Shown here: positions 27,695-38,340 of the stretch, piece by piece
Layout: each line of letters opens with the position of its first letter
Numbering within the stretch: the stretch's first letter is position 1
Assembly: GCA_965658355.1 (NCBI GenBank)
Contig: CBFHRX010000001.1
Coordinates: 4,637 to 68,636 of the forward strand
DNA from: Flavobacteriaceae bacterium
GTDB lineage: Bacteria; Bacteroidota; Bacteroidia; Flavobacteriales; Flavobacteriaceae
Reading direction: 5' to 3'
DNA: 64,000 nt
Position numbers and translations under genes: made by a program
Notes under the pieces: model-generated
What the model saw: only the letters and a program-made list of their open reading frames with translations
Told to the model about the DNA's origin: nothing
Databases searched by the model: none

Positions 27695-29641
27695 TTACAC
27701 TTCAAAAGTAGAAATACTTTCTGATATTTCTGCTTGTATTTTCTTTATAAAACCTTCTACCGAAAGTGATCCAAGATCCCCTTCTTTATGCTTTCGTACA
27801 GAGATATTTTCATTCTCAGCTTCTTGTTCTCCTACGATGAGCATGAAAGGTACCTTACTAAGTTCTGCCTCCCGGATCTTTTTACCGATCGTCTCATTTC
27901 GGTTGTCCAAGAGGGCGCGAATTTCGTTATTTTCTAGGATATTTAAAACTTTCTGAGCGTATTTTTCGTGTTTCTCACTGACGCACAATATGCTAACCTG
28001 CTGAGGAGAGAGCCACAAAGGAAAATTTCCTGCCGTGTGTTCCAACAAAATTGCCACAAATCGTTCGAGGCTTCCAAAGGGGGCTCTGTGAATCATAACA
28101 GGGCGGTGCAGCTCATTGTCACTCCCTTTGTAGGTTAGATCAAATCGTTCGGGAAGATTATAATCTACTTGTATGGTCCCGAGTTGCCATTTTCGCCCTA
28201 GGGCGTCACGTACCATAAAATCAAGCTTTGGACCGTAGAAGGCGGCTTCGCCTTCTTCAATCACATACGTCAGGTTTTTCTCTTTTGTAGCATTGATGAT
28301 AGCGGCTTCCGCTAATTCCCAATTTTCTGATGAACCGATATATTTTTCAGGCTTTTTCGGGTCTCGAATGGATACTTGTGCCACAAAATCTTCAAAACCC
28401 AAAGAACCAAAAACATACAAGACTAAATCAATTACTTTTTTGAATTCTTCGTCTAATTGATTGGGCATACAGAAGATATGGGCATCGTCTTGTGTAAACC
28501 CTCTAACTCTTGTTAATCCATGTAATTCACCACTTTGCTCGTATCGATAGACAGTTCCAAATTCAGCATAGCGTTTGGGTAGCTCCCGATAACTCCAAGG
28601 TTTGGCATTGTAAATTTCACAATGATGTGGGCAATTCATTGGCTTTAGTAAAAAACTTTCTCCGTCAACAGGGGTTTCTATTGGCTGAAAGCTGTCGGCG
28701 CCATATTTTTCATAGTGACCAGAGGTCATATACAATTCTTTGTTTCCGATATGAGGAGAGATGACTTGTTCATAGCCTCCTTTACGTTGGGCTTCTTTTA
28801 AAAAGTTTTCCAATCGTTCTCTAAGGGCAGCTCCTTTGGGAAGCCATAGCGGTAAGCCTTGGCCTACTTTTTGCGAAAAGGTAAAAAGCTCCAATTCTTT
28901 CCCGAGCTTTCTGTGATCTCTTTTTTTGGCCTCTTCTAGGCGTTGTAAGTATTCGGTTAATTCCTTTTGTTTGGGGAACGAGATGCCGTAAATACGGGTA
29001 AGTTGGGTGTTGTTTTCATCTCCTCTCCAATAGGCTCCTGCAATATTTAGTAGTTTGACCGCTTTTACAAATCCAGTGTGTGGGATGTGTCCACCTCTAC
29101 AGAGGTCTGTAAAATCGGCATGATCACAAAATGTGATGGTTCCATCTTCTAGATTTTCAATCAGCTCAAGCTTGTAAGGGTTTTCTTCATTTTGATAGAA
29201 TTCTAAGGCTTGTTCCTTAGTAGCAGAACGCATTTGAAAAGCATGTTTTTCTCTTGCAAAGGCAAGAAACTGTTTTTCAAGAGTTGCCAGGTCTTTTTCG
29301 CTTATTGTCTCTGTTCCAAAATCCACATCGTAATAGAAACCATTCTCGATGGCTGGACCAATGGTTAATTTAGCAGTAGGGTATAGCGCGACTATTGTTT
29401 GCGCTAATATATGGGCAGAGGAGTGCCAAAAGGCTGTTTGTCCTTCAGGATCTTTCCAGGTGAATAACTTGAGATCCCCGTCTTCGTTGAGTGGAGTTGC
29501 CGTTTCAACGGTTTGTTGGTTGAATTCGGCCGAAAGCACATTTCGTGCTAAGCCTTCGCTAATGCTTTGGGCAACTTCTAATACAGTTGTTCCGGGGGCA
29601 TATTCTCTGACACTCTGGTCGGGAAATTTGATTGCAATCAT
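27695..29641 (-). CDS. thrS: threonine-tRNA ligase
   Basis: 648 aa with a TGS-like N-terminus, an editing domain (HSSAHILAQ), a class II core (FRYEQSGELHGLTRVRGFTQDDAHIF, HRAPFGSLERF) and an anticodon-binding C-terminus. Confidence 0.97.
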   Translation of the reverse strand: MIAIKFPDQSVREYAPGTTVLEVAQSISEGLARNVLSAEFNQQTVETATPLNEDGDLKLFTWKDPEGQTAFWHSSAHILAQTIVALYPTAKLTIGPAIENGFYYDVDFGTETISEKDLATLEKQFLAFAREKHAFQMRSATKEQALEFYQNEENPYKLELIENLEDGTITFCDHADFTDLCRGGHIPHTGFVKAVKLLNIAGAYWRGDENNTQLTRIYGISFPKQKELTEYLQRLEEAKKRDHRKLGKELELFTFSQKVGQGLPLWLPKGAALRERLENFLKEAQRKGGYEQVISPHIGNKELYMTSGHYEKYGADSFQPIETPVDGESFLLKPMNCPHHCEIYNAKPWSYRELPKRYAEFGTVYRYEQSGELHGLTRVRGFTQDDAHIFCMPNQLDEEFKKVIDLVLYVFGSLGFEDFVAQVSIRDPKKPEKYIGSSENWELAEAAIINATKEKNLTYVIEEGEAAFYGPKLDFMVRDALGRKWQLGTIQVDYNLPERFDLTYKGSDNELHRPVMIHRAPFGSLERFVAILLEHTAGNFPLWLSPQQVSILCVSEKHEKYAQKVLNILENNEIRALLDNRNETIGKKIREAELSKVPFMLIVGEQEAENENISVRKHKEGDLGSLSVEGFIKKIQAEISESISTFEV

Positions 29642-29697
29642 AGTTTCTTGTAGAACGCTGCAAAGATAAGGCTTCCGTTCAGCTAATCAAACAACTA

Positions 29698-29934
29698 TTA
29701 CTTCTTCTTAGCATTTCTTGGCCCCAATAAGCCGTTTGTAATCGTTCGTATCCCCCAAAACCCCATTATTATGGAGACGGCAGTTACAAGAAGTCCTACA
29801 ATTAAGACTGGATAATACAAAGGATGCCCTTCATTTTGAAAAGCCTGATGCATAATGACAGGTCCCGTAAAAGCGAGTATCATAAAGCTTGCCATTCGTT
29901 TTAATCCTTTTTTTAAAAGAGTGGTATCCATCAC
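29698..29934 (-). CDS. small two-TM membrane protein (78 aa)
   Basis: Two hydrophobic helices (MASFMILAFTGPVIM and YYPVLIVGLLVTAVSIIMGFWGI) and a basic tail. No motif recognised. Confidence 0.55.
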   Translation of the reverse strand: MMDTTLLKKGLKRMASFMILAFTGPVIMHQAFQNEGHPLYYPVLIVGLLVTAVSIIMGFWGIRTITNGLLGPRNAKKK

Positions 29935-29952
29935 GAAAGAGGTATTGATTGA

Positions 29953-30777
29953 CTAGCTATTTTGATTTTCATTAAAGGCGATTACCGCTTTACGAACAGA
30001 CCCGTATTTTGCGAGTAGTTTTTCCGATTCTGAATAGGTGAGCCCGGTTTCCGCTACGACCATTTTACAGGCTCTATCCTGAAGTTTGTCGTTGTTAAGT
30101 TGCATGTCCACCATTTTGTTGCCTTTTACTTTCCCCATGGCGATCATGCTACAGGTGGTAATCCGATTGAGAATTAATTTTTGTGCGGTACCGGCTTTTA
30201 GTCTAGAACTTCCCGTCACAAATTCAGGTCCTACAATGACTTCAATAGGGAAGTCGGCATATTGTGAGAGCGGGGCTTGGGGGTTGCAACTAATACTGGC
30301 CGTTTTTATCTTGTTTTCCTGACAGATTTTTAAGCCATTGACGACATAGGGTGTGGTACCCGATGCAGCAATCCCCACTACAAAATCCGTATCGTTTATT
30401 TGGTGTGAGCTAAGATCCTCCCATGCCTGAGTAGGGCTGTCTTCAGCATCTTCAACGGCAGTAGTCAGTGCCTTTTGGCCTCCTGCTATAAGCCCAACAA
30501 CTTGAGAGGGGTCGGTTCCAAAGGTAGGTGGACATTCAGAGGCGTCTAGTACTCCCAAACGGCCGCTTGTGCCCGCTCCGATATAAAAAAGGCGGCCCCC
30601 TTTTTGAAAAGAGCGGACAATTTGTTCAATGAGTTTTTCTAATTCAGGAGTTACTTTGGCAACTGCTTGCACTGCGATTTCATCTTCCTGTTGCATCCCT
30701 TGAATCAATTCCAGGATTGATTTGTTTTCCAAATCACTATGACGGGAATCCTGCTCTGTTATTTTTTTAAAATTCAT
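29953..30777 (-). CDS. murQ: N-acetylmuramic acid 6-phosphate etherase
   Basis: SIS-domain motif YIGAGTSGRLGVLDASECPPTFG, plus TGSSRLKAGTAQK. 274 aa. Confidence 0.88.
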   Translation of the reverse strand: MNFKKITEQDSRHSDLENKSILELIQGMQQEDEIAVQAVAKVTPELEKLIEQIVRSFQKGGRLFYIGAGTSGRLGVLDASECPPTFGTDPSQVVGLIAGGQKALTTAVEDAEDSPTQAWEDLSSHQINDTDFVVGIAASGTTPYVVNGLKICQENKIKTASISCNPQAPLSQYADFPIEVIVGPEFVTGSSRLKAGTAQKLILNRITTCSMIAMGKVKGNKMVDMQLNNDKLQDRACKMVVAETGLTYSESEKLLAKYGSVRKAVIAFNENQNS

Positions 30778-30792
30778 TGCTTAAAAATAAAG

Positions 30793-30822
30793 CAAAAAAA
30801 AACGCTACCGAAGTAGCGTTTT
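30793..30822 (-). terminator. intrinsic terminator downstream of icd, cUUCGg tetraloop
   Basis: On the minus strand: aacgctac-uucg-guagcguu (8-bp stem) followed by a U run, starting about 6 nt after the icd stop. Confidence 0.8.
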
Positions 30823-30826
30823 GATT

Positions 30827-32053
30827 TTAGCGAAGCTTAGCGTCTAAATTTTCCTTCAGAGCATCCAGGAATTGCTGAGTGGTCAGGTAGTGAGATTCAT
30901 TCATGTTTTTTTCATGAATTAAAAGAGCTAAATCTTTCGTCATCTTTCCACTTTCAATTGTTTCAATACAAACAGCTTCAAGGGTAGCACAAAAATCAAT
31001 CAAAGCTTGATTTTCATCAAGTTTCCCTCTGTGGGCAAGCCCTCTCGTCCAAGCAAAGATAGAGGCAATAGGATTGGTTGAGGTCGCTTTTCCTTGTTGG
31101 TGTTGTCGGTAGTGGCGGGTTACAGTACCATGGGCAGCTTCTGCCTCCATTGTGATGCCATCGGGAGTAACCAATGTTGACGTCATCAAGCCAAGAGAAC
31201 CGAAGCCCTGTGCAACAGTATCGGATTGTACATCACCGTCATAATTTTTACAGGCCCATACAAACCCACCATTCCATTTCATAGCAGCCGCTACCATGTC
31301 GTCAATCAAACGGTGCTCATAGGTAATCCCGGCTGCTTCAAAACGATCTTTGAATTCAGCATCAAAAACCTCTTGAAAAATATCTTTGAAGCGACCGTCA
31401 TAGGCTTTCATGATGGTATTTTTGGTCGAAAGGTATAAAGGCCATCCTTTGTCTAGGGCACGATTCATACACGAACGTGCAAAGCCATAAATCGAGGAAT
31501 CGATATTGTACATGCTCATGGCAACTCCATCCTCTTGGAAATTATATACTTCCCAAGATTGTGCTTCGCTTCCGTCTTCAGGCGTAAAGGTCATGGTTAG
31601 TTTTCCTTTCCCTTTTGTGACGATATCAGTGGCTTTATACTGATCTCCAAAAGCGTGTCGACCGATACAAATTGGCTTGGTCCATCCTTGCACATAACGC
31701 GGGACATTGCTCATAATGATGGGCTCACGGAAGACCGTTCCTCCTACGATATTACGAATGGTTCCGTTAGGAGAGCGATACATTTTTTTAAGTTTAAATT
31801 CTTCTACTCTTCCTTCGTCAGGTGTGATAGTCGCACACTTTATCCCAACATTGTATTTTTTAATCGCTTCTGCAGCGTCAATCGTGATTTGATCATCCGT
31901 TTGATCTCTGCTTTCTATCCCTAGATCGTAGTATAATAATTCAACGTCTAGGTAGGGAAGGATTAATTGTTCTTTGATAAACTTCCATATGATGCGTGTC
32001 ATTTCGTCACCATCAATCTCAACAACTGGGTTTGCAACTTTAATTTTTGACAT
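30827..32053 (-). CDS. icd: NADP-dependent isocitrate dehydrogenase (homodimeric, eukaryote-like ~410-aa type)
   Basis: [23 protein letters not shown]...KCATITPDE...SPNGTIRN... 408 aa. Confidence 0.94.
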   Translation of the reverse strand: MSKIKVANPVVEIDGDEMTRIIWKFIKEQLILPYLDVELLYYDLGIESRDQTDDQITIDAAEAIKKYNVGIKCATITPDEGRVEEFKLKKMYRSPNGTIRNIVGGTVFREPIIMSNVPRYVQGWTKPICIGRHAFGDQYKATDIVTKGKGKLTMTFTPEDGSEAQSWEVYNFQEDGVAMSMYNIDSSIYGFARSCMNRALDKGWPLYLSTKNTIMKAYDGRFKDIFQEVFDAEFKDRFEAAGITYEHRLIDDMVAAAMKWNGGFVWACKNYDGDVQSDTVAQGFGSLGLMTSTLVTPDGITMEAEAAHGTVTRHYRQHQQGKATSTNPIASIFAWTRGLAHRGKLDENQALIDFCATLEAVCIETIESGKMTKDLALLIHEKNMNESHYLTTQQFLDALKENLDAKLR

Positions 32054-32120
32054 TTTGTGTGTATTGGTTTCGCTTGCAAATATACAACCGAAAGCGTTTA
32101 AATTATTTTGGTTTCGGGCA

Positions 32121-32149
32121 AAAAAAAAGATTGCCGAAGCAATCTTTTT
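32121..32149 (-). terminator. intrinsic terminator downstream of rplS, cUUCGg tetraloop
   Basis: On the minus strand: agauugc-uucg-gcaaucu followed by a U8 run, about 10 nt after the rplS stop. Confidence 0.8.
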
Positions 32150-32158
32150 GTTAAATAT

Positions 32159-32509
32159 CTAACGTCTCGCTTCTTTGATACGAGCTTTTTTACCACGCAA
32201 TTGCTTGAAGTAGTAAATACGTGAACGTCGCACTTTTCCGCGGCTGTTCACTTCAATTTTCTGCAAGGCAGGTAAATTGATAGGGAATATTCTTTCTACT
32301 CCGACGGTTCCAGACATTTTACGAATGGTAAAGGTTTTGGAAAGTCCTGTTCCTTTCACCTGGATGACAACGCCTTTAAAGAACTGGGTTCTTGACTTTT
32401 CACCTTCTCGGATTTCGTAATAAACAGTGATGGTGTCACCGCTTGAGAATTCAGGAAAATCCTTTTTCTCAATATACTGGTCTTGTACGTAGCTAATTAA
32501 TTGTTCCAT
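32159..32509 (-). CDS. rplS: 50S ribosomal protein L19
   Basis: From the ATG at 32509 the product is 116 aa: MEQLISYVQDQ...GDTITV...GVERIF...RRSRIYYFKQLRGKKARIKE. The track ORF start at 32542 adds 11 atypical residues. Confidence 0.95.
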   Translation of the reverse strand: MEQLISYVQDQYIEKKDFPEFSSGDTITVYYEIREGEKSRTQFFKGVVIQVKGTGLSKTFTIRKMSGTVGVERIFPINLPALQKIEVNSRGKVRRSRIYYFKQLRGKKARIKEARR

Positions 32510-32623
32510 GTTTAGCTTTCTTTTTGTTTGTGCAGGGAACATACACGTGTATCGTCAGTGGTTCCGTTGCGAGTGCAAAATTAAAGAATTAAATCAATAA
32601 TACAAATGAATGTTTATGACAAA

Positions 32624-33298
32624 TTACTCCAGGAGATCAGGGCGAAGCGTTTGAGTTCGTTCAAGTGCTTTTTGCATTCTCCACTCTTCAATTGCTGGGG
32701 TATTGCCCGAAGAAAGAATTTCAGGTATTTTCCAGTCCTTGTAATCAGCAGGGCGAGTGTAAACGGGAGGCGCTAGTAAATTGTCTTGAAAGCTATCAGA
32801 AAGCGCCGAAGATTCATCACCCAAAACGCCGGGAATGAGTCGAATTATGCTGTCGCAAAAGACGGCGGCAGCAAGCTCTCCACCAGACAGTACAAAATCA
32901 CCAATAGATAGTTCTCTTGTGATCAAATGGTCTCGTACACGTTGGTCCACACCTTTGTAGTGCCCACAAAGAATGATTATGTTTTCCTTTAGAGAACACT
33001 CATTGGCAATTTTTTGATTCAATCGGCTTCCATCCGGTGTCATATAAATGACTTCATCATAGTCTCTTTCTTTTTTAAGATCTTGAATGCAGCGATCAAT
33101 AGGACCAATCATCATGACCATTCCAGCGCCCCCACCATAGGGGTAGTCGTCTACTTGGCGGTATTTGTTTTCGCCATATTGACGCAAATCATGAAGGTGA
33201 ATACTAACTTTTTGATTTTCCTGCGCACGTTTTACTATGGAAGCTGAAAAAGGACTTTCCAATAGTTCTGGCAATAGCGTAATAATATCAATTCGCAT
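32624..33298 (-). CDS. trmD: tRNA (guanine37-N1)-methyltransferase
   Basis: [11 protein letters not shown]..., [11 protein letters not shown], and [11 protein letters not shown]...[16 protein letters not shown]. Conserved trmD-rplS order. Confidence 0.96.
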   Translation of the reverse strand: MRIDIITLLPELLESPFSASIVKRAQENQKVSIHLHDLRQYGENKYRQVDDYPYGGGAGMVMMIGPIDRCIQDLKKERDYDEVIYMTPDGSRLNQKIANECSLKENIIILCGHYKGVDQRVRDHLITRELSIGDFVLSGGELAAAVFCDSIIRLIPGVLGDESSALSDSFQDNLLAPPVYTRPADYKDWKIPEILSSGNTPAIEEWRMQKALERTQTLRPDLLE

Positions 33299-33348
33299 GT
33301 TTCAAAGGTACGGGAATCACCTTTAGTTGTCTTTCTTTTTTGGGCGAT

Positions 33349-34731
33349 TTAATTTCTGAAAATGATTCTTTCGTTTGCTGGGGTTAGGAAAAGAATAGAT
33401 TCAATAGTGTCTTCATTGATATTTTCGAGCGCCGAAATGTCTGTGATCGCTTCTCCGTTGATTTCAAGTATCACACTTCCTTCTTCAATCCCATACATGG
33501 ATAGAATTCGGTTGTTGGTGTTGACAATCATCACGCCTTTGTCGAGCTCCTTTTTCCGCATTTGTTCTGGAGATAGATTTTTTAATTCCATACTGTAAAA
33601 GCGAGTGCGGCTTAGTTTTTTCAATTCGACAACTACCGTTTTTTGGACCCCGTCTCTAACATAGATAACGCTTACTAAATCTCCAGGACGTTTACTAGAG
33701 AGGTAGCCTGTTAGATCCGAAAACTTATTGATCTTTGTCCCGTCCACACTTTTAATGATGTCTTTGGTTTGCAGACCAGCAGCTTTGGCTCCTAGACCTT
33801 CTTCGAGCTCCATGATATAAAAGCCTTCTGTCTCCTCAATTTCTAGGTATTCGGCAATTTTTGAATTTAAGGCTCGTCCACTGACCCCCAAAAGCCCTTT
33901 TTGGACATTCCCGAATTCTAAAATATCTTCAAAAACTTTTCGTGCTATATTACTGGGAACGGCAAATGAATACCCTACAAATCCACCACCTACAGAGGTA
34001 ATAGCGGTATTGATGCCGACTAATTCTCCTTTGGTGTTGACCAAAGCACCGCCGCTATTGCCGACATTGACAGCTGCATCGGTTTGAATAAAAGATTGAT
34101 TTTTTTGATCCTCCTGATTAAGGTCCCTCGATTTGGCACTAATGATTCCAGCTGTTACCGTAGAGTTCAGGTTAAAGGGATTTCCTACAGCCAAAACCCA
34201 TTCCCCTACTTTTGAGCTATCAGAATCACCAAAAGTGATATAGTTAAATTGGTAATCCCCTTTGATTTTTAGGACCGCAATATCGGTGTAGGCATCGGTG
34301 CCAATAAGCTCTGCTTCATAGGTCTTGTTATCATTTGTAGTCACTTCAATACTAGTGGCATCATCAATTACGTGGTTGTTGGTGATGATAAGCCCATCCG
34401 AGGAGACGACAACCCCTGAGCCTGTTCCAATTTTTTCGGGCATGTTTTCACCATAAAGATTTCGCATCCACCAAGATTGGCGATTGTCATAGGATCCTAT
34501 GTTTTTAATGTGTACTACCCCATCAATGACCTTATCAATTGTTTTGGTGAAATCATTTTCTAGGCCGGTTGTGTTAAGTGGGTAATTGACGGGGGTAACT
34601 GTTGGGAGATTGTAGTTCCTATTTTGAGTGTCTTTCAAGGGGGGAGTAGCAGGGTTGAAATAATCAAACACAAGGTAGCTAAACAAGGAGCTTATGCAAG
34701 CAACTAGTACTAAGGGAATAATTTTTTTCAT
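33349..34731 (-). CDS. HtrA/DegQ-family periplasmic serine protease with two PDZ domains
   Basis: Catalytic motifs TNNHVI (His), TDIAVLK (Asp) and GNSGGALV (Ser). N-terminal TM/signal MKKIIPLVLVAC from the ATG at 34731. Confidence 0.9.
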   Translation of the reverse strand: MKKIIPLVLVACISSLFSYLVFDYFNPATPPLKDTQNRNYNLPTVTPVNYPLNTTGLENDFTKTIDKVIDGVVHIKNIGSYDNRQSWWMRNLYGENMPEKIGTGSGVVVSSDGLIITNNHVIDDATSIEVTTNDNKTYEAELIGTDAYTDIAVLKIKGDYQFNYITFGDSDSSKVGEWVLAVGNPFNLNSTVTAGIISAKSRDLNQEDQKNQSFIQTDAAVNVGNSGGALVNTKGELVGINTAITSVGGGFVGYSFAVPSNIARKVFEDILEFGNVQKGLLGVSGRALNSKIAEYLEIEETEGFYIMELEEGLGAKAAGLQTKDIIKSVDGTKINKFSDLTGYLSSKRPGDLVSVIYVRDGVQKTVVVELKKLSRTRFYSMELKNLSPEQMRKKELDKGVMIVNTNNRILSMYGIEEGSVILEINGEAITDISALENINEDTIESILFLTPANERIIFRN

Positions 34732-34844
34732 ACAATTTCTTTTTAATAACATTCAAAATTAGAAAGATATGCGCTGTCTTCATTTTGCTTTAACTACATT
34801 TTAACAGCTTCGACACGAAAAAAAATAGCTTATTTTTGGTCTCC

Positions 34845-35627
34845 ATGAATATTGCTTTTAAAAAATACCAAGGAGCTGGAAACGACTTTATCATGATTGA
34901 TAATAGGGCGATGGATTTCCCTACTCAAAATCAAAATGAATTGATTGCTAGGATGTGTGATCGAAATTTTGGTATTGGTGCGGATGGGTTGATCCTGATA
35001 CAACAGCATCCTGAGGTGCCTTTTGAAATGGTCTATTTTAATTCCGATGGGCATACAAGTAGTATGTGTGGGAACGGAGGTCGTTGTGCTGTTTCCTTTG
35101 CTAAAAGTTTAGGGCTAGTAACCCATACAGCTACTTTTCTATTTGATTCAGATGTGTACTCAGCTCAAGTAGTAGAGAAGGGGCGTATCGCACTTGCTAT
35201 GCAAGATGTAAATGGGGTACAGATAGCGGAAACGCATTGTTTTTTAGATACAGGATCTCCCCACCATGTGAGTTTTGTAGAGGCAGTTTCTACTGTAGAT
35301 GTTCAAACCAGTGGCAGTGAAATTCGATACGGTGCCCCCTATGGAGAAACGGGAACGAATGTGAATTTTGTGGAAACAAAGGCAGCGAACTGTTTTGCCA
35401 TAAGAACCTATGAGCGAGGTGTTGAAGGAGAAACCTTAGCTTGTGGTACAGGGGCTGTAGCTGCTGCCATTGCTGTTCATGCTACTCAGAGAACCCACGA
35501 GACCCATCTCCAGATTGAAGCACAAGGAGGCATACTGGAAGTGAGTTTTAAAGTTGAAAAGGGCACTTACACAGATATTCTTCTGATCGGCTCCGCTGAA
35601 TATGTCTTTCAAGGGATTTACGAATGA
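34845..35627 (+). CDS. dapF: diaminopimelate epimerase
   Basis: YQGAGNDFIMID, with catalytic Cys motifs NSDGHTSSMCGNGGRC and ACGTGAVA. Confidence 0.94.
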   Translation: MNIAFKKYQGAGNDFIMIDNRAMDFPTQNQNELIARMCDRNFGIGADGLILIQQHPEVPFEMVYFNSDGHTSSMCGNGGRCAVSFAKSLGLVTHTATFLFDSDVYSAQVVEKGRIALAMQDVNGVQIAETHCFLDTGSPHHVSFVEAVSTVDVQTSGSEIRYGAPYGETGTNVNFVETKAANCFAIRTYERGVEGETLACGTGAVAAAIAVHATQRTHETHLQIEAQGGILEVSFKVEKGTYTDILLIGSAEYVFQGIYE

Positions 35628-36133
35628 AAGAAGAGGGATTTTCATTGCGAGGCCTAGAATTGTCCGATTTGGAGTTATTATTTGAGCTCGAAAACGATAC
35701 CCGATATTGGAAATATGCAAGTCGTTCTGTCCCTTATACCAAGACCTTTTTAACTGAATACATACTACAATCCCATTTCAGCATTCAAGAAGCGCAGCAG
35801 CTTCGAATGGTCGTTGTCAATAGTGATGATCAGCCTATTGGATTGGTTGACCTATTCGATGCCGATTTTCATAATAGAAGAGCGGCCGTGGGGATTGGCA
35901 TTCATCCAAATTACCAAGGCAATGGATTGGGTACGATTGCCTTACAATTAATACTGGCCTATTGTACTGAACATTTATCTTTCCATCAATTGTATTGTGA
36001 TATTGATGACAACAACAAGCACAGTATACAGTTATTCGAAAAAGCAGGGTTTGTGAAAACAGGCACTAAAATGGATTGGAATTTTTATGAGGGTGATTTT
36101 CATCCGGTTTCTATTTATCAAAAAATACTTTAA
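35624..36133 (+). CDS. GNAT family N-acetyltransferase (RimJ/RimL-like)
   Basis: 169 aa. Motif HPNYQGNGLGTIAL. ATGA overlap with dapF. Confidence 0.8.
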   Translation: MKEEGFSLRGLELSDLELLFELENDTRYWKYASRSVPYTKTFLTEYILQSHFSIQEAQQLRMVVVNSDDQPIGLVDLFDADFHNRRAAVGIGIHPNYQGNGLGTIALQLILAYCTEHLSFHQLYCDIDDNNKHSIQLFEKAGFVKTGTKMDWNFYEGDFHPVSIYQKIL

Positions 36134-36135
36134 CC

Positions 36136-37176
36136 ATGAAACAGAAAAATATTAAAATCATTTCACTTCTCGGTTTTGCAGCGGTCCTTATTGCATGTAT
36201 AACGTATGCGGCACTCTTTCAGTGGCAGAACACTTCTTTTTCATCAGAAGAGCTAACAGTTTACATTAAAAGTGATTGGGAGTTTGAGGAGGTGAAAAAG
36301 GCTTTAGAGCCGCATTTGAAAAGTACCCTATTATTTGAAACTGCGGCTCAGATTAAAGGGTACAAGAAGCGAGTGAGAAGCGGTAAGTATACCTTCGCCA
36401 AGGGCTTATCAAACAATGAGCTGATTAACCGATTGCGGTTAAAAAGCGAGCCTGTCACGATAACATTTAACAACCAAGAGCGTATTGAAAATCTCGCTGG
36501 CAGGTTATCACATCTTTTAGAGGCTGACAGCCTAACGCTATTGTATAAAATGAAACAACCCTCTTTTCTTTCAGCAAATGGTTTTACAGAAGATACTGCT
36601 CTGGCGATGTATATACCCAATAGTTATGAGTTTTTTTGGGATGTTACTCCTGAGGATTTTTGCAAGAGAATGCTAACGGAATACCACACTTTTTGGAATC
36701 CTAGTCGAAAGCAAAAAGCGCAGCAATTAGGCTTAAGTGAAGTGGATGTCATAACCCTTGCAAGTATTGTTCACAAGGAAACGGTTCGCGCTTCGGAACG
36801 TCCAAAAGTGGCAGGAGTCTATTTGAATCGTCTTAAAAAAGGGATGAAACTACAAGCAGATCCTACGGTCATTTATGCCTTGAAAAAACGCTATCAAAAT
36901 TTTGATACCGTTATCAAACGAGTTCTCTATAAGGACTTAAAAATTCAGTCACCCTATAATACCTATCGGACTCGGAAACTACCCCCTGGGCCGATTTTCA
37001 TGCCCGATATTTCGGCTATTGAAGCGGTTTTAAACCCTGAAAAACATTCCCATTTGTATTTTGTAGCCAATCCTGAAAAACCTGGTTACCACCTGTTTGC
37101 GGCTAGTTTGTTTCAGCACAACCGCAACAAGCGTAAATATGTTCGCTGGCTAAACAAAAATAAGTTGTATCGTTAA
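36136..37176 (+). CDS. mltG: endolytic murein transglycosylase MltG (YceG-like)
   Basis: N-terminal TM, then LASIVHKET...RPKVAGVYLNRL...LQADPTVIY...SPYNTY...LPPGPI, typical of the YceG family. Confidence 0.88.
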   Translation: MKQKNIKIISLLGFAAVLIACITYAALFQWQNTSFSSEELTVYIKSDWEFEEVKKALEPHLKSTLLFETAAQIKGYKKRVRSGKYTFAKGLSNNELINRLRLKSEPVTITFNNQERIENLAGRLSHLLEADSLTLLYKMKQPSFLSANGFTEDTALAMYIPNSYEFFWDVTPEDFCKRMLTEYHTFWNPSRKQKAQQLGLSEVDVITLASIVHKETVRASERPKVAGVYLNRLKKGMKLQADPTVIYALKKRYQNFDTVIKRVLYKDLKIQSPYNTYRTRKLPPGPIFMPDISAIEAVLNPEKHSHLYFVANPEKPGYHLFAASLFQHNRNKRKYVRWLNKNKLYR

Positions 37177-37892
37177 TTAGGTGTATGCACTAAGAATACA
37201 GCTGGACGTTTGTGAAAGGCCTTTAATTTCCGTTTTTTCCACTGGTGTATGGGCAGCGTTTTGATCCATTCTGAGGGTAGGCTTAGATCACAGGCCATGC
37301 ACAGAAGTGTAGACTCTTGTAAGTTTTTGATAAGTGCTTCTAATAGCGGAATGTTCCGATAAGGAGTCTCAATAAAAATCTGGGTTTGATTGTATTGTTG
37401 GGCATTTCGTTCCAATTTTTTGATGGCTTGAGAACGTTGTTTACTTGGAATTGGTAAATAGCCGTGAAAGGTAAATTGTTGTCCATTAAAGCCAGAAGCC
37501 ATCAGAGCCAAAACAGGGGAGGAGGGGCCTACAAGTGGAATTACTTTAATGTCTTTGCGATGTGCTAAATTGACAATTACAGCCCCTGGGTCTGCTATTC
37601 CAGGACAGCCAGCATCTGACAAAAGTCCCATGGAAACTCCTCCCTCACAAACGGAAAGGTAGTCCTGGTATTCAAGTTGTGTAGTGTGCTTATTTAATGG
37701 ATAAAGATGCAGTTCATCTTGTTTTTTTTCAGGACATAATTTTTTAATAAAACGCCGGGCTTGTTTTTCATTTTCTACAATGAAGTGATAGTGCCCTTGA
37801 ATGACCTCTCGTATCCTAAAAGACAAACTGTCCAAAGGGGCACTTTCTCCCAAAGGGCAGGGAATAAGAATCAGGTCTCCTTTTTTACTCAT
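37173..37892 (-). CDS. RsmI-like SAM-dependent (tetrapyrrole-methylase fold) methyltransferase
   Basis: Motif LLSDAGCPGIADPG, 239 aa. Shorter than canonical RsmI, so the precise substrate is not assigned. Confidence 0.7.
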   Translation of the reverse strand: MSKKGDLILIPCPLGESAPLDSLSFRIREVIQGHYHFIVENEKQARRFIKKLCPEKKQDELHLYPLNKHTTQLEYQDYLSVCEGGVSMGLLSDAGCPGIADPGAVIVNLAHRKDIKVIPLVGPSSPVLALMASGFNGQQFTFHGYLPIPSKQRSQAIKKLERNAQQYNQTQIFIETPYRNIPLLEALIKNLQESTLLCMACDLSLPSEWIKTLPIHQWKKRKLKAFHKRPAVFLVHTPN

Positions 37893-38334
37893 GAGCAGAG
37901 AGTTCTGCTACAATTCGATCTGTTGCAGCATCAATTAAATCATACACTTTTTCAAAACCTTCCGCTCCCCCATAATAGGGGTCAGGCACTTCTTCAGTAT
38001 CCGATAAAAGAGCTACTTTCTCCCATTGTTTTTCACTAGGTTGCAGGCTTTGTAAGTTCTGATAATTGGATTTATCCATAACGTAAATCCGATCAAATCG
38101 AGTAAAATCATCAAGGCTAAAGGCGCGTGCACGTTGATTTTGAATATCGATTCCTTTTGATTTTGCAATTGCGATACTTCTAGGGTCAGGAGGGTTGCCA
38201 ACATGAAAAGCAGCTGTACCGGCAGAATCAATACTATAAGAAGAGGCGGGAAGCTTGCTGGATAAAATCCCCTCAGCCAATGGGGAACGACAGATATTAC
38301 CCAAGCAAACCATTAAAATATTAACGGTTTTCAA
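37885..38334 (-). CDS. low-molecular-weight protein-tyrosine phosphatase
   Basis: Active-site CLGNICRSP (CX5R-S) near the N-terminus, with DPYYG near the C-terminus. TTG start at 38334. Confidence 0.9.
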   Translation of the reverse strand: MKTVNILMVCLGNICRSPLAEGILSSKLPASSYSIDSAGTAAFHVGNPPDPRSIAIAKSKGIDIQNQRARAFSLDDFTRFDRIYVMDKSNYQNLQSLQPSEKQWEKVALLSDTEEVPDPYYGGAEGFEKVYDLIDAATDRIVAELSAHE

Positions 38335-38340
38335 GAGGGA

